From positions 123,858 through 187,857 of the forward strand of contig CBDAUD010000001.1 of NCBI GenBank assembly GCA_965200485.1: DNA of 64,000 nt, in the 5' to 3' direction. A model generated the notes under the pieces. The model was given only the letters and a program-made list of their open reading frames with translations, was not told where the DNA came from and did not search any database. Below, piece by piece: positions 1-9,557 of this stretch (position 1 is its first letter; each line of letters begins with the position of its first letter). Made by a program: the position numbers and the translations under genes. This stretch comes from a bacterium. GTDB taxonomy: Bacteria; JAAXHH01.

Positions 1-1
1 C

Positions 2-958
2 GACAGATCTCATGCGCAGCAGGACATATTCGTGCACGCGTTCGTCCAACGTAAGTGTTTCGTCCATTTCAATGGCGTCGCCCCGCGCGTCCATGGCCGT
101 TAGATAATCCGCGAGGCTGCGTGTATTGGCCAATCGGCGTCCGAGCACGTGTGAATGGGCGGACGGGCCCAGGCCCAGATAGTCGCCGCCGTTCCAGCAG
201 GCCACATTATGCCGGCATTCCGCGCCCGGTTTCGACAAATTGGAGACCTCGTAGTGCCGGTAACCCGCTGCGGAAAGGCGGTCCAGCGCCTCATAGTAAC
301 AGGCCATGTGAAGCGCTTCGGCCGGCAGATCCAGGCGACCTTCCTTATCCATCCGGGCGAATTCGGTTCCCGACTCTATAGTCAGCCCGTAAACCGAAAC
401 GTGCTCCGGGTCGAGGGCAACGGTGCGTTCCAGTGTATCCGACCAGTCCGACGCGGTCTGGCCGGGCGCGCCGAACATCAGATCGAGATTGACGTTTTCG
501 AAACCGGCTTCTCTTGCGCGCGCAATCGCCCTCGCGGCCTGGTCCGCCGAATGGCGACGTCCGAGTCGTCGCAGCGTCTCATCGGAAAAGGACTGAACAC
601 CGATACTGAGCCGGTTGACACCCAATGCGCGGAGTCGCAGCAACTTGGAAGTCCGGACGGTTTCGGGATTCGCTTCCACGGTGATTTCGGCATCCGGGTC
701 GACGCGGAAGAAATCATGGATCATCCCGAAGACGCGGGACAGCTGCCGATCCGTCAGGCAGGTGGGGGTGCCACCTCCCAGGAAAACCGTTTTTACGCGG
801 GCCTCCGCCCAGGGCGATGCGCGACTGAGGCGTTCGGCCTCGGTTTCCAGGGCGGCAAGCAACCGGTCCACCTGGCCGTCTTTGAGTAGTTCGAAGGAAA
901 AATCGCAATAGGGGCAAGCGTGCGCGCAGAACGGAATGTGAAAGTATAAGCCGGCCAA
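2..958 (-). CDS. hemW: Radical SAM heme chaperone HemW (HemN-like); C-terminus runs off the window edge
   Basis: Manual translation from TTG at 958 gives LAGLYFHIPFCAHACPYCDF (CxxxCxxC), then FLGGGTPT, EITVEANP, NRLSIGVQSF, NLDLMFG and YEVSN. It is absent from the ORF track because its stop lies outside the window. Confidence 0.9.
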   Translation of the reverse strand, partial: MAGLYFHIPFCAHACPYCDFSFELLKDGQVDRLLAALETEAERLSRASPWAEARVKTVFLGGGTPTCLTDRQLSRVFGMIHDFFRVDPDAEITVEANPETVRTSKLLRLRALGVNRLSIGVQSFSDETLRRLGRRHSADQAARAIARAREAGFENVNLDLMFGAPGQTASDWSDTLERTVALDPEHVSVYGLTIESGTEFARMDKEGRLDLPAEALHMACYYEALDRLSAAGYRHYEVSNLSKPGAECRHNVACWNGGDYLGLGPSAHSHVLGRRLANTRSLADYLTAMDARGDAIEMDETLTLDERVHEYVLLRMRSV

Positions 959-1095
959 GGGTACGATTCCAGATGCGCTTCCGGGGGGATCCGCCGGCGA
1001 ATCGGACGGTTTCCCGGATTCAGATGGTAACGGCATCCCTTGCCAGGCCAGCCGGTTTCCGGACGCCGCCCCGCGCGCCTCCGTCGCCTACCGGT

Positions 1096-1800
1096 CTACA
1101 TGACGATTCTGCCGATGCGATTCCAACGAACGCGCCAAGGGACATGGACGATGTTGTGACCCAGCACATAGACGAGGGAGGCAACGCTCTCCAGCGGCCT
1201 GGATGATTGCCACACGAGTTCGGGGTCGTCCCGGTGCCGCTCCCAGGACCAGTAGATGACGAAGGCATTGCCCACAACGTCCTTCGTTTCCACGAATCCC
1301 CAGTATCTGCTGTCCGAACTGTAGTCCCGGTTGTCCCCCAGGACGAACAGGGCGCCAGCAGGAACGATCCTGGGTCCCCAATTGTCGCGCGTACTTCGCA
1401 TGGCAGTCCGCACCGTCGGATCATCGAACTTGACCTGCGGGGGATTCTTTGCCGGCACATCGTCTACGTATACGCGCTTGTCCCGGATCTCGACCTTCTG
1501 CCCGGCGACGGCGACACATCGCTTGATGAACATCTGAGCCGGGTTTCGGGGGTAGGGAAACACCAGCACATCGCCCGGTTGCGGATCGCGCCAGGCGGGC
1601 AGACGCAGGTCCGTGAAGGGAATGCCGGGGCCGAAAATCATTTTGTTGACGAGCAGGAAATCACCCACCTGCAGCGTGGCTTCCATGGATTCGGACGGAA
1701 TACGGAACGCCTGAACAACCTCGGCGCGGATGACGAGAAAGAGCAACACGGTGAATAGCACGATTTCCGCGTACTCTCGAAGCAGGGACTTCTTCTTCAC
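1096..1800 (-). CDS. lepB: Signal peptidase I
   Basis: N-terminal TM helix, catalytic Ser box IPSESMEATL, Lys box FIKRCVA and GDNRDYSSDSRYWGFV; lies downstream of lepA. Confidence 0.95.
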   Translation of the reverse strand: MKKKSLLREYAEIVLFTVLLFLVIRAEVVQAFRIPSESMEATLQVGDFLLVNKMIFGPGIPFTDLRLPAWRDPQPGDVLVFPYPRNPAQMFIKRCVAVAGQKVEIRDKRVYVDDVPAKNPPQVKFDDPTVRTAMRSTRDNWGPRIVPAGALFVLGDNRDYSSDSRYWGFVETKDVVGNAFVIYWSWERHRDDPELVWQSSRPLESVASLVYVLGHNIVHVPWRVRWNRIGRIVM

Positions 1801-1856
1801 CAGGAGCTATATCCTCTTGCGGTAGTGCGTTGTCCGATTGACATCCGGGCCGGCGC

Positions 1857-3674
1857 CTATCCTCCGACAGCCGCGCCTTCGCCCCGGATGTCAAGCACCG
1901 CCAGAAAGGCTTCCTGCGGCAATTCGACGTTCCCGACCTGCTTCATGCGCCGCTTGCCTTCCTTCTGCCTTTCCAGGAGTTTGCGTTTCCGGGTAATGTC
2001 GCCCCCATAGCACTTGGCTGTAACGTTCTTGCGCAGGGGACGGATGGATTCCCGCGCGATGACCCTGCCGCCGATGGCGGCCTGGACGGCGACCTCGAAC
2101 ATCTGTCGCGGTATGATCTTTCGCAGCCGCTGGCATAGCTCGCGGCCCCACTCGTAGGCCTTGTCCTTGTGGATGATAATCGAAAGGGCGTCCACCAGGT
2201 CCCCGTTGAGGAGCAGGTTCAGCCTGACCAGGGGCGAGGCGCGGTAGGCCAGGAAGTCGTAGTCGAAAGAAGCATACCCCCGGCTGATCGACTTCAGCCG
2301 GTCGTAGAAATCGAAGACGATCTCCGACAGCGGTAGTTCGTACTGCAGGGCAACCCGGGTCGCGTCGAGGTATTCCATGGTCTTGTATACGCCTCGCCGA
2401 TCCCGGGTCAGCTTCATGATATTGCCGATGTAGTCCTTCGGCACCACGATCTGCGCCTGTATGAAAGGTTCTTCCACATAGCCAATGAGCGAGGCGTCGG
2501 GCATGTCGGCCGGGTTGTCCACCCTGAGCACCTCGCCCGCCGTGGTCGTGATCCGGTACTCCACACTGGGCATGGTGGCCAAAATGGTGAGTCCGTACTC
2601 CCGCTCAAGGCGCTCCTGCACTACCTCCATGTGCAGGAGTCCCAGGAACCCGCAACGGAAACCGAATCCGAGCGCTGCCGAGGTTTCGGGCTCGTACACC
2701 AGCGCCGCGTCGTTCAACTGGTATTTTTCCAAAGCCTCCTTGAGGGGTTCGTAGTCTTCCGAAGACGCCGGGAACAAACCGCTGAACACCATGGGCTTGG
2801 CCTCCCGGTAACCGGGAAGGGGCGCATCGCATGGACGGACGGCATCAGTGACCGTGTCCCCCACGCGGGCATCCGCCACGTTTCTGATATTGCCGATCAG
2901 ATAACCGACTTCCCCGGCCGTGAGCGCATCCACGGGGGCCTTGTCGAAACGAAGGATGCCGGTCTCCGTAACTTCGAATCGTTTGCCATTGGAACACATC
3001 ACGATTTCCATGCCCGGCTTTATTTCTCCACTCACGACGCGCACGTAAGGCACGGCGCCGCGATACTGATCGAATATCGAGTCGAAGACGAGCGCCCGCA
3101 ACGGACCGTCATCGGGTTCGGGAGGCGGGACACGGTCCAGGATGGCCCGCAACACTTCCTCGACCCCGATCCCGTCCCTCGCGCTGGTCAGTATGATCTC
3201 GTCGGGGTCGATACCCAGGAGGTCCACGATCTGTCCCGTAACGACATCGACGCGGGCATTCGGAAGATCGATCTTGTTGATCACCGGGACAATGGTCAAA
3301 TCGTTTTCCAGCGCCAGGTACAGATTGCTGATCGTCTGCGCCTCAATACCCTGGACCGCGTCGACGATCAGGAGTGCGCCTTCACAGGCGGCCAGGCTGC
3401 GGGAGACTTCGTAGGAAAAATCGACATGACCGGGGGTATCGATCAGATTGAGGGCGTAAGCCGTGCCGTCCGGCGAGGCATAGGACATGCAGATCGCATG
3501 CGCCTTGATTGTGATGCCCCGCTCCCGCTCCAAATCGAGATCATCGAGCATCTGGGCACGCATTTTCAAGGGAGACACGGTGCCCGTCATCTCCAGCAGG
3601 CGATCCGCCAGCGTCGACTTGCCGTGGTCGATGTGCGCGATGATGGAGAAGTTTCGAATATGTTCCGTGGACAT
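1857..3674 (-). CDS. lepA: Translation elongation factor 4 (LepA)
   Basis: [38 protein letters not shown] and C-terminal [25 protein letters not shown]. Confidence 0.98.
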   Translation of the reverse strand: MSTEHIRNFSIIAHIDHGKSTLADRLLEMTGTVSPLKMRAQMLDDLDLERERGITIKAHAICMSYASPDGTAYALNLIDTPGHVDFSYEVSRSLAACEGALLIVDAVQGIEAQTISNLYLALENDLTIVPVINKIDLPNARVDVVTGQIVDLLGIDPDEIILTSARDGIGVEEVLRAILDRVPPPEPDDGPLRALVFDSIFDQYRGAVPYVRVVSGEIKPGMEIVMCSNGKRFEVTETGILRFDKAPVDALTAGEVGYLIGNIRNVADARVGDTVTDAVRPCDAPLPGYREAKPMVFSGLFPASSEDYEPLKEALEKYQLNDAALVYEPETSAALGFGFRCGFLGLLHMEVVQERLEREYGLTILATMPSVEYRITTTAGEVLRVDNPADMPDASLIGYVEEPFIQAQIVVPKDYIGNIMKLTRDRRGVYKTMEYLDATRVALQYELPLSEIVFDFYDRLKSISRGYASFDYDFLAYRASPLVRLNLLLNGDLVDALSIIIHKDKAYEWGRELCQRLRKIIPRQMFEVAVQAAIGGRVIARESIRPLRKNVTAKCYGGDITRKRKLLERQKEGKRRMKQVGNVELPQEAFLAVLDIRGEGAAVGG

Positions 3675-3742
3675 GAAAACCCCTGCAGCCGCCCGGAGAA
3701 CCGCAACAACGTCCTTGTTGGCCAGCGCATGCGACAGGGCGA

Positions 3743-3771
3743 AATAAAACGTTTGTACCGCCGGATGTCAA
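3743..3771 (-). promoter_or_regulatory. Putative sigma70 promoter for lepA-lepB-hemW
   Basis: Minus strand TTGACA-N17-TTTATT about 70 nt upstream of lepA. Confidence 0.4.
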
Positions 3772-3799
3772 CAAGTATGCGGGTTGCAGAGAAGCCGTA

Positions 3800-4375
3800 C
3801 TACGGGCGGGAATCGCTTAGCGTCTCGGCCGTGCGTATCAGCACGTAACCGACCAGCAGCGTGGTGCTCACCAGCAGGAGGGAACTCCAGTCGACGGAGG
3901 CGGATACCGGTTCGGGCACGAAATTCGCCAGTGCGCCGACCCGGGTTTGCGCGTAGGTCTGCAGGTCGCGAACAAACGTCCCCACCGGTCCGACTACAGC
4001 CTGCACGGGGAGGGCATCTTCCACAATGCCCGCCAACGCTGCGCGGTACAACCAGACCAGTACGGCAACCATCAGCGTGCCGGCGAAGACTACGCGAGGG
4101 AAGACCAGGGACAAGACGGCCCGCCAGGACCGCCGGGGCGCCGGAAGCCTTGCCAGCACGTCGGTCAGGAAGGCGTCGGAAGGTGCTGCCGGAGGGGCCG
4201 TCTCTACCGCGTCGATCAGGGCGTCGCGCACGGCCAGCTCCGATCTGCAGCCCGCGCATTCGGTCAGATGGGCGTCTACCAGATCGCGTTCATCCGAGGC
4301 AAGCGTCCGGTCAACGGCCTCATACATCAATCGTCGTACGGATTCGCAATGCATGGTCATTCGGCTCTCCGCCAT
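3800..4375 (-). CDS. Zinc-binding (zf-HC2) membrane anti-sigma factor
   Basis: N-terminal HCESVRR...AHLTECAGC (HxxxCxxC ZAS motif) followed by hydrophobic helices; 9 nt downstream of the ECF sigma gene. Confidence 0.85.
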   Translation of the reverse strand: MAESRMTMHCESVRRLMYEAVDRTLASDERDLVDAHLTECAGCRSELAVRDALIDAVETAPPAAPSDAFLTDVLARLPAPRRSWRAVLSLVFPRVVFAGTLMVAVLVWLYRAALAGIVEDALPVQAVVGPVGTFVRDLQTYAQTRVGALANFVPEPVSASVDWSSLLLVSTTLLVGYVLIRTAETLSDSRP

Positions 4376-4384
4376 GCGTCCGGG

Positions 4385-4972
4385 TCAACCCGGCGGATCG
4401 GGCTCCATGGACTGGCCAACCAGGTTCCGCAAAGCGGCGCGCGCGCGGAACAGCCGGGCCTTGACGGTGCCAATCGGCAGTTCCAGCACGTCCGCGATCT
4501 CGTCATAAGACAGACTTTGCATATGATACATTGAAATCACCGCGCTGTAAATAGGCGGAAGCGCGGAAACCAGATTTCTGACCTGCGCGCTGAATTCAGC
4601 CTGCTCGAACCGTTCCGCGGGATTTGCCGAAGTGTCCGGTATCTGCATCGGCAATCCGTCCTCGGCGTCTTCCGATTCCGAAAGGGAAGTGGTGGAGACG
4701 GATCGCCGGGACCGCCGCGCCGCGCTCAGGCTGACGTTCACGGCGATCCTGTACAGCCACGTGGCGAACCTGGCGTCTCCCCGGAACCGGTCCAGGCTTT
4801 TGTACACCCGGACAAATACGTCCTGCGCCGCCTCTTCTGCGTCTTCCCGGTTTCCAACGATCCTGAAGGTCAGGTTGAAAACGGAAACCCGGTGTCTGTC
4901 CACAAGATGGGCAAACGCGGACCGGTCGCCTTTCCGGGTCCTTGCGACGAGTTCTTCATCGCTCAAATCCAT
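4385..4972 (-). CDS. ECF RNA polymerase sigma factor (SigW/RpoE-like)
   Basis: Region 2 DAEEAAQDVFVRVY...FATWLYRIAVN and region 4 SYDEIADVLELPIGTVKARLFRAR. GAGG sits 6 nt before the ATG at 4972; alternative start 4984. Confidence 0.92.
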   Translation of the reverse strand: MDLSDEELVARTRKGDRSAFAHLVDRHRVSVFNLTFRIVGNREDAEEAAQDVFVRVYKSLDRFRGDARFATWLYRIAVNVSLSAARRSRRSVSTTSLSESEDAEDGLPMQIPDTSANPAERFEQAEFSAQVRNLVSALPPIYSAVISMYHMQSLSYDEIADVLELPIGTVKARLFRARAALRNLVGQSMEPDPPG

Positions 4973-5080
4973 GGGTCGCCTCATCCCTGTCTAAAGCGAG
5001 TCTCAGCCGCATGCAGGGCCGTTCCCCGGACAGATGCGACCCCCATCAGGCATCCCGGACCGGTTCCCTGTTCATCAAAA

Positions 5081-5107
5081 GACTACGGAAAATCTACAAA
5101 TGTTTCA
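5081..5107 (-). promoter_or_regulatory. Putative ECF-sigma promoter for the sigma/anti-sigma operon
   Basis: Minus strand TGAAAC-atttgtagattttccgta-GTC (GAAAC-N18-GTC), resembling ECF -35 AAC / -10 CGT-GTC elements. Confidence 0.5.
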
Positions 5108-5165
5108 CTGCATGCGTTCACTTTTTCTATGGCCATACCCGCAAATAGATTTAATTTGCAATTTT

Positions 5166-5192
5166 CGAAACAACCGTATCGGTTTTCGTGTC
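5166..5192 (+). promoter_or_regulatory. Putative ECF-sigma promoter for DUF6249-pspC
   Basis: Plus strand CGAAAC-aaccgtatcggttttcgt-GTC, with the same GAAAC-N18-GTC spacing as the divergent element. Confidence 0.45.
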
Positions 5193-5259
5193 GAAAAAAA
5201 GAGCGGTGCCGTCAGACAGACGCGGCGCATGAGCAAGTGGGACTCTTCTGGAGGCTGGT

Positions 5260-5724
5260 ATGGACAACTGGAAAGCGTGGACGGCTTTGTTTCTGAGCGT
5301 TTGCGTCATGGTTGTGACGCTTGCCTATCTGGATTACTGGGTAGTAGCCATCGTGGCGGTTTCCGTTTCATTCGGACTCGGCATGGTCTGCGCGCTGCTG
5401 GGTTTTCTGAAGCGAGGAAGGGAAATCAGACACCGGGAACGTCTGGCGATGATCGAGAAGGGAATCTACATCGAAGCCACCAGGAAGCACGAGACAGGCG
5501 TGCCGTCTTTGGCCGTGGTGCTCCTGGTCGGTATCGGCCTGGCCGCGGTCGTCGCAAGCGACGTGGCGTTTTTCGGATTCGTACTGCTGTTCGTGGGTCT
5601 GGGCCTGATTGTGCGCTCCCGGCTGCAGCATAACAGGAACCAGGAGCAGGCCAGCCTTGAACAAGACCAACCCGGTCCCGGCGCCGAAGAACATGCGACG
5701 CCGGAAACGCGGAGTGCGACATAA
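5260..5724 (+). CDS. DUF6249-like membrane protein
   Basis: About four TM segments flanking the RHRERLAMIEKG motif typical of DUF6249 proteins found next to ECF sigmas; GGAGG RBS. Confidence 0.7.
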   Translation: MDNWKAWTALFLSVCVMVVTLAYLDYWVVAIVAVSVSFGLGMVCALLGFLKRGREIRHRERLAMIEKGIYIEATRKHETGVPSLAVVLLVGIGLAAVVASDVAFFGFVLLFVGLGLIVRSRLQHNRNQEQASLEQDQPGPGAEEHATPETRSAT

Positions 5725-5727
5725 CCC

Positions 5728-6429
5728 GTGCCCAGGAAAATCCTCTACAGATCCTCTTCCAACCGGATGATAGGCGGCATCTGCGGCGGGCTGGCCGAAT
5801 ACTTCGACGTGGATACCTCCGTGCTGCGGATCGCGCTGGTCGCCTTCACGCTGATCACCCTGCCCGCTTTCGGTCCCTTCGTCTTTCTGGCGTATCTGGT
5901 ATGCATATTCATCATACCTCGAAACCCCGACCCGGATTCAGCGGAAAAGGCCGGCGCGCCAGCGGTTTCCGGGGAATCCGACCAAACTGAACCGGTCGTC
6001 CGGGAAGGCCGGGGAAACCCGGTGTCGGTCCAGAGCAACAGCACGGTCTGGGGCATTCTGCTGGTGCTCGCGGCCGTGATCGTGTTGACCTATTCCGTCG
6101 CGCCGGACTTCGGGTACTTCTCCTTCCTCCTTCCACTGGTGCCCATCGCGATCATCGTCGCCGCGATCTTCATCCCGTTTGCTTACAGAGGACAAATCAT
6201 GGCGTTCTTCAGACATCGACGGCTGTACAGGCTGGATGAAGGCAAAAAGATCTTCGGCGTGTGCAACGGACTTGCGGATACGTTCGACCTCGATCCGACC
6301 CTGGTGCGCATCGTGTTTTTCATCGCCTTCTTGTTTTCCGTGGGCACCGTGACTCTGCTCTATCTCTTCATGGCATTTATCATGCCCGTGGGACGTCCGG
6401 AAATGCCCATTGAGCAGGCTGAGGCTTGA
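5728..6429 (+). CDS. pspC: PspC domain protein with two PspC domains
   Basis: N-terminal LYRSSSNRMIGGICGGLAEYFDVD and C-terminal LYRLDEGKKIFGVCNGLADTFDLDPTLVRI PspC motifs, with a central TM hairpin. Confidence 0.85.
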   Translation: MPRKILYRSSSNRMIGGICGGLAEYFDVDTSVLRIALVAFTLITLPAFGPFVFLAYLVCIFIIPRNPDPDSAEKAGAPAVSGESDQTEPVVREGRGNPVSVQSNSTVWGILLVLAAVIVLTYSVAPDFGYFSFLLPLVPIAIIVAAIFIPFAYRGQIMAFFRHRRLYRLDEGKKIFGVCNGLADTFDLDPTLVRIVFFIAFLFSVGTVTLLYLFMAFIMPVGRPEMPIEQAEA

Positions 6430-6478
6430 ACCGACCCCTTGCACCCCGCCAAAGTTCGGTTCAGGTGCCGGATTCAAC

Positions 6479-6507
6479 TTGACATAGGGCGTTCAAAAGC
6501 CTAGAAT
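6479..6507 (+). promoter_or_regulatory. Sigma70 promoter for the small ORF-surE-sulfotransferase unit
   Basis: TTGACA-N17-TAGAAT, close to consensus. Confidence 0.75.
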
Positions 6508-6563
6508 ACATCGGTGTTTTCAGCGTCCCAGACCGGTTTTGGGCATTCCATTTTTTGAAGGAC

Positions 6564-6803
6564 ATGGGTAAGAGAAGACAGAGCAATCTGCGTCTGGCGC
6601 GCATCATACAATGGATCAGCGGCGGGCTGGCCATCCTCGTCATCTACCCTGTATTCCGCGTGATCCTGCCGTGCTGGCGCAGGATACGCGGTGACCGAAG
6701 ACCCGGGGAAACGGGCGTTCGGCGCGCATCGGCATCCTCCGATTCCTCCCGATCACATCGCCATCCGGAAAATCCATTTCCCAAGACAAGCGAGCCGCGG
6801 TGA
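6564..6803 (+). CDS. Small single-TM hypothetical protein (79 aa)
   Basis: Follows the strong promoter, has GAAGGA before the ATG and one hydrophobic segment (IIQWISGGLAILVIYPVFRVIL); its stop overlaps the surE start (GTGA). Confidence 0.45.
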   Translation: MGKRRQSNLRLARIIQWISGGLAILVIYPVFRVILPCWRRIRGDRRPGETGVRRASASSDSSRSHRHPENPFPKTSEPR

Positions 6804-7483
6804 AACTGATAGTCGCCAACGATGACGGCATTGAGGCGCAGGGACTGCAAACGCTTGTCGACCTCGCGTCACGATGGGGCGAGGTGGTCGTCGTTGCACC
6901 GGCCGAACCACAGTCCGGCGTGGGACACCAGTTGACCAACAACCAACACATCCGCGTGGACGAACTTGCCGGACGACGATACAGGGTATGGGGCACGCCG
7001 GCCGACTGTACCCGTCTGGCGCTCAACCGGTTCGCAACCGACGCGGACTGGGTGCTGTCCGGCATCAACCACGGGGGCAACCTCGGGGTGGACGTCTACG
7101 AATCCGGCACGGTGGCCGCCGCCAGGGAGGCGGCGATCCACGGGTGCAAGGCCATGGCGCTGTCGCACTATACGGCGGACGATCGCGAGATAGACTGGCC
7201 GCTGGCCGCGGAACGGCTGCGGCAGCTCCTGGAACGGCTGCTGCGCGAGGACCTGGAGGCCGGGTTTTTCTTCAATATCAACCTGCCCCACCCCGAACAC
7301 GACGAAACCGGTCTGGAGACGAAAAGCGCACCGGTAGACACCAGTCCCTTCAGCATCCGTTTCACTCCCAGCGGAAACGGGTATCTCCATACCGGGCCCT
7401 ACCAAGAAAGACACCGGAAACCCGGCGGCGATATCGACCAGTGTTTCAGCGGACACATTTCCCTGTCGAAGATCGGAATCTGA
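6800..7483 (+). CDS. surE: 5'/3'-nucleotidase SurE
   Basis: ANDDGI, VVAPAEPQSGVG, GTPADC and SGINHGGNLG...SGTVAAAREA. Confidence 0.92.
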   Translation: MKLIVANDDGIEAQGLQTLVDLASRWGEVVVVAPAEPQSGVGHQLTNNQHIRVDELAGRRYRVWGTPADCTRLALNRFATDADWVLSGINHGGNLGVDVYESGTVAAAREAAIHGCKAMALSHYTADDREIDWPLAAERLRQLLERLLREDLEAGFFFNINLPHPEHDETGLETKSAPVDTSPFSIRFTPSGNGYLHTGPYQERHRKPGGDIDQCFSGHISLSKIGI

Positions 7484-7501
7484 GCGCCGCCGACAAGCAC
7501 C

Positions 7502-8221
7502 ATGCCCATCATCACCGTCATCGGCCGGGGACACTCCGGAACGCGGCTCATGTCGCACACGCTCTATTCGAGCGGCGTGTTCATGGGCCGAACGATCAAT
7601 CCGTCGGGCGACAAGGTACCGCCGCAAGACCTGTACGACGCCTGCCGCATCTTCGCCAAATACGTCGTCTGGAAAGGTGGACTTGACTGGGATTTTTCTC
7701 GGGTTGTGGAGATGGACCCCGATCCTGAATTCGTGGAAAAAGTGGAAAACTACCTGGCCGACGTGCTGGAAAACGGAAACCCGTTTCGTGGTTGGAAACT
7801 ACCGGAAACGACGCTCGTATACCCTTGGATCGTCCGCATGTTTCCCGATATCCGGTATATTCACTGGATTCGGGACCCTCGGGACGGCATCCTGGCCGAC
7901 CACAAGACGGACGATCTCCGCGATTTCGGTATTGCGTATCCTGCCACCCCGAATTTACGCAGGCAGCGGGCCATTTCCTGGCTCTATCAGTTCCAGCTCA
8001 TGAAGGCGACGCCAAAGCCGGCCTACGTGCTGACTGTACGTTTCGAAGACTTCGTGTTGAACCGGGAAGAAACGCTGGCGCGCCTGGAAGCCTACCTGGA
8101 CCTGCCCCTCAGCAGGTTGACCGTCCGTCCCGAGGCCGTAGGCCGTTGGAAGATCACGGAAGGCGATCTTCCCATGGACCTGCTGCACGAAGCGCTGGCC
8201 GAACTCGGATATGCCGTCTGA
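7502..8221 (+). CDS. Sulfotransferase family protein
   Basis: PAPS-binding loop GRGHSGTRLM, WKLP, IHWIRDPRD and VRFEDFV. Confidence 0.8.
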   Translation: MPIITVIGRGHSGTRLMSHTLYSSGVFMGRTINPSGDKVPPQDLYDACRIFAKYVVWKGGLDWDFSRVVEMDPDPEFVEKVENYLADVLENGNPFRGWKLPETTLVYPWIVRMFPDIRYIHWIRDPRDGILADHKTDDLRDFGIAYPATPNLRRQRAISWLYQFQLMKATPKPAYVLTVRFEDFVLNREETLARLEAYLDLPLSRLTVRPEAVGRWKITEGDLPMDLLHEALAELGYAV

Positions 8222-8290
8222 GCAGGTGCCCAACTGCATGCATGCGGGCGCCCCCGACGCGTGTCTTTCGCAAGACGTCCGTAGCGGGTC

Positions 8291-9487
8291 CTATCCCTCC
8301 CGCCGCAGCATATCCGCCAGCTTGTCTACGCAGCGATCGATTTCGTCTGTGGTGTTGTAATAGTGCGTGGAGATGCGGATGCCGTAGTGCCCGTTCCGGT
8401 CGTGGTCGTCCACATGCATCTTCGCTTCCTCCTCCATGGGGCCCCGCCACCTGGTCGCGTTTATGCCGTCGAATTCGAAGATGGTCGAACCCGGAGACGA
8501 GATATCGTGGGACAGGCTGGTGAGCAACCTCAGCCCGGGGAGCGCCGCAAGGGCCTGTTTCAGGTGGTCGGACAACATGCGGAGCCGCTGCTCGATGTTT
8601 TCTATTCCGATACCGTTCAGATGGTCAAGCGCGGTTCCGAGGGCTGCGCGAACCGGAAGATCGTACGTCCCCTGTATCTCGTAACGAAGAGCATCCTCCC
8701 CGGTTTCCGCCGCCGGTGCGTACAGCGTGCCGAAGGCGGATTGCATGGCGGCGTTGACGTATAGGAACCCCGTGCCGGCTGGTCCCAGAAACCACTTGTG
8801 CAGGCTGTTGGTATACAGGTCGCATTGGATTTCGCCCAGGTCGACGTCCAGCATCCCGACCGCCTGGGCGCCGTCTATGGCCGATACGAGCGCTCGTTCC
8901 CTGGCCAGGGCGCAGAGGCGCTTGACCGGATACAGATATCCCCCGCGGGTTACGTGGCAGAAAAAAAGCACCTTCGTTCGTTCGTCGATCGCTTCCGATA
9001 TGCGCTCCACGATATCATCCGCGCCAATCAGCGGACTGGGTATGTCGACTTCCTTGATCTCTATCCCGTCCCGTTCCGCCCTGACCTTCCAGGGGCGCAC
9101 TGCGCTGGGATGTTCCTGGTTTGTCATCAGCACCCGGTCGCCAGGCGCAAGATTCAGGCCGTTGACGATATGATACAGGCCCTCGGTCGCGTTGCGCGCC
9201 AGTGCGATTTCACCGGTTTCCGCCCCGAGAAAACGGGCGATGGCCGGGCGCAGCGCGCCTTCGATGTATTCATGAAAAACCCGCTTGGCCTTCGACGGAT
9301 TCTCCGACATCAGGCGAAAGCCGTCTGCCACAGCGTCCCGAACGGACCTGGGCGGCATACCCAGCGCGGCGTTGTTGAGGTAGGTGTGGCCCGGTTCCAG
9401 TATAAACTGCGACCGGATCCGGGACCAGTAGGCGCGATCGTCGGGATCGATACGCCGCGTGCGGGGTTCGGAGATGGCACTCAGCAT
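8291..9487 (-). CDS. Class V PLP aminotransferase (cysteine desulfurase / isopenicillin N epimerase-like)
   Basis: YLNNAALG, NATEG, EHPS, IDGAQAVG, PLP-lysine motif SLHKWFLGP and RISTHYYNT. Confidence 0.88.
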   Translation of the reverse strand: MLSAISEPRTRRIDPDDRAYWSRIRSQFILEPGHTYLNNAALGMPPRSVRDAVADGFRLMSENPSKAKRVFHEYIEGALRPAIARFLGAETGEIALARNATEGLYHIVNGLNLAPGDRVLMTNQEHPSAVRPWKVRAERDGIEIKEVDIPSPLIGADDIVERISEAIDERTKVLFFCHVTRGGYLYPVKRLCALARERALVSAIDGAQAVGMLDVDLGEIQCDLYTNSLHKWFLGPAGTGFLYVNAAMQSAFGTLYAPAAETGEDALRYEIQGTYDLPVRAALGTALDHLNGIGIENIEQRLRMLSDHLKQALAALPGLRLLTSLSHDISSPGSTIFEFDGINATRWRGPMEEEAKMHVDDHDRNGHYGIRISTHYYNTTDEIDRCVDKLADMLRREG

Positions 9488-9557
9488 GGGGATGGCTCGA
9501 TGTCCTGTTTCCGGATAGGAAACCCGTTTGGAGGTTGCGTGTCCCGTGCCAGGGCCA

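Noticed and set aside
155-889. 244-aa plus-strand ORF
   Set aside because: Shadow of hemW, which is on the minus strand and missing from the ORF track.
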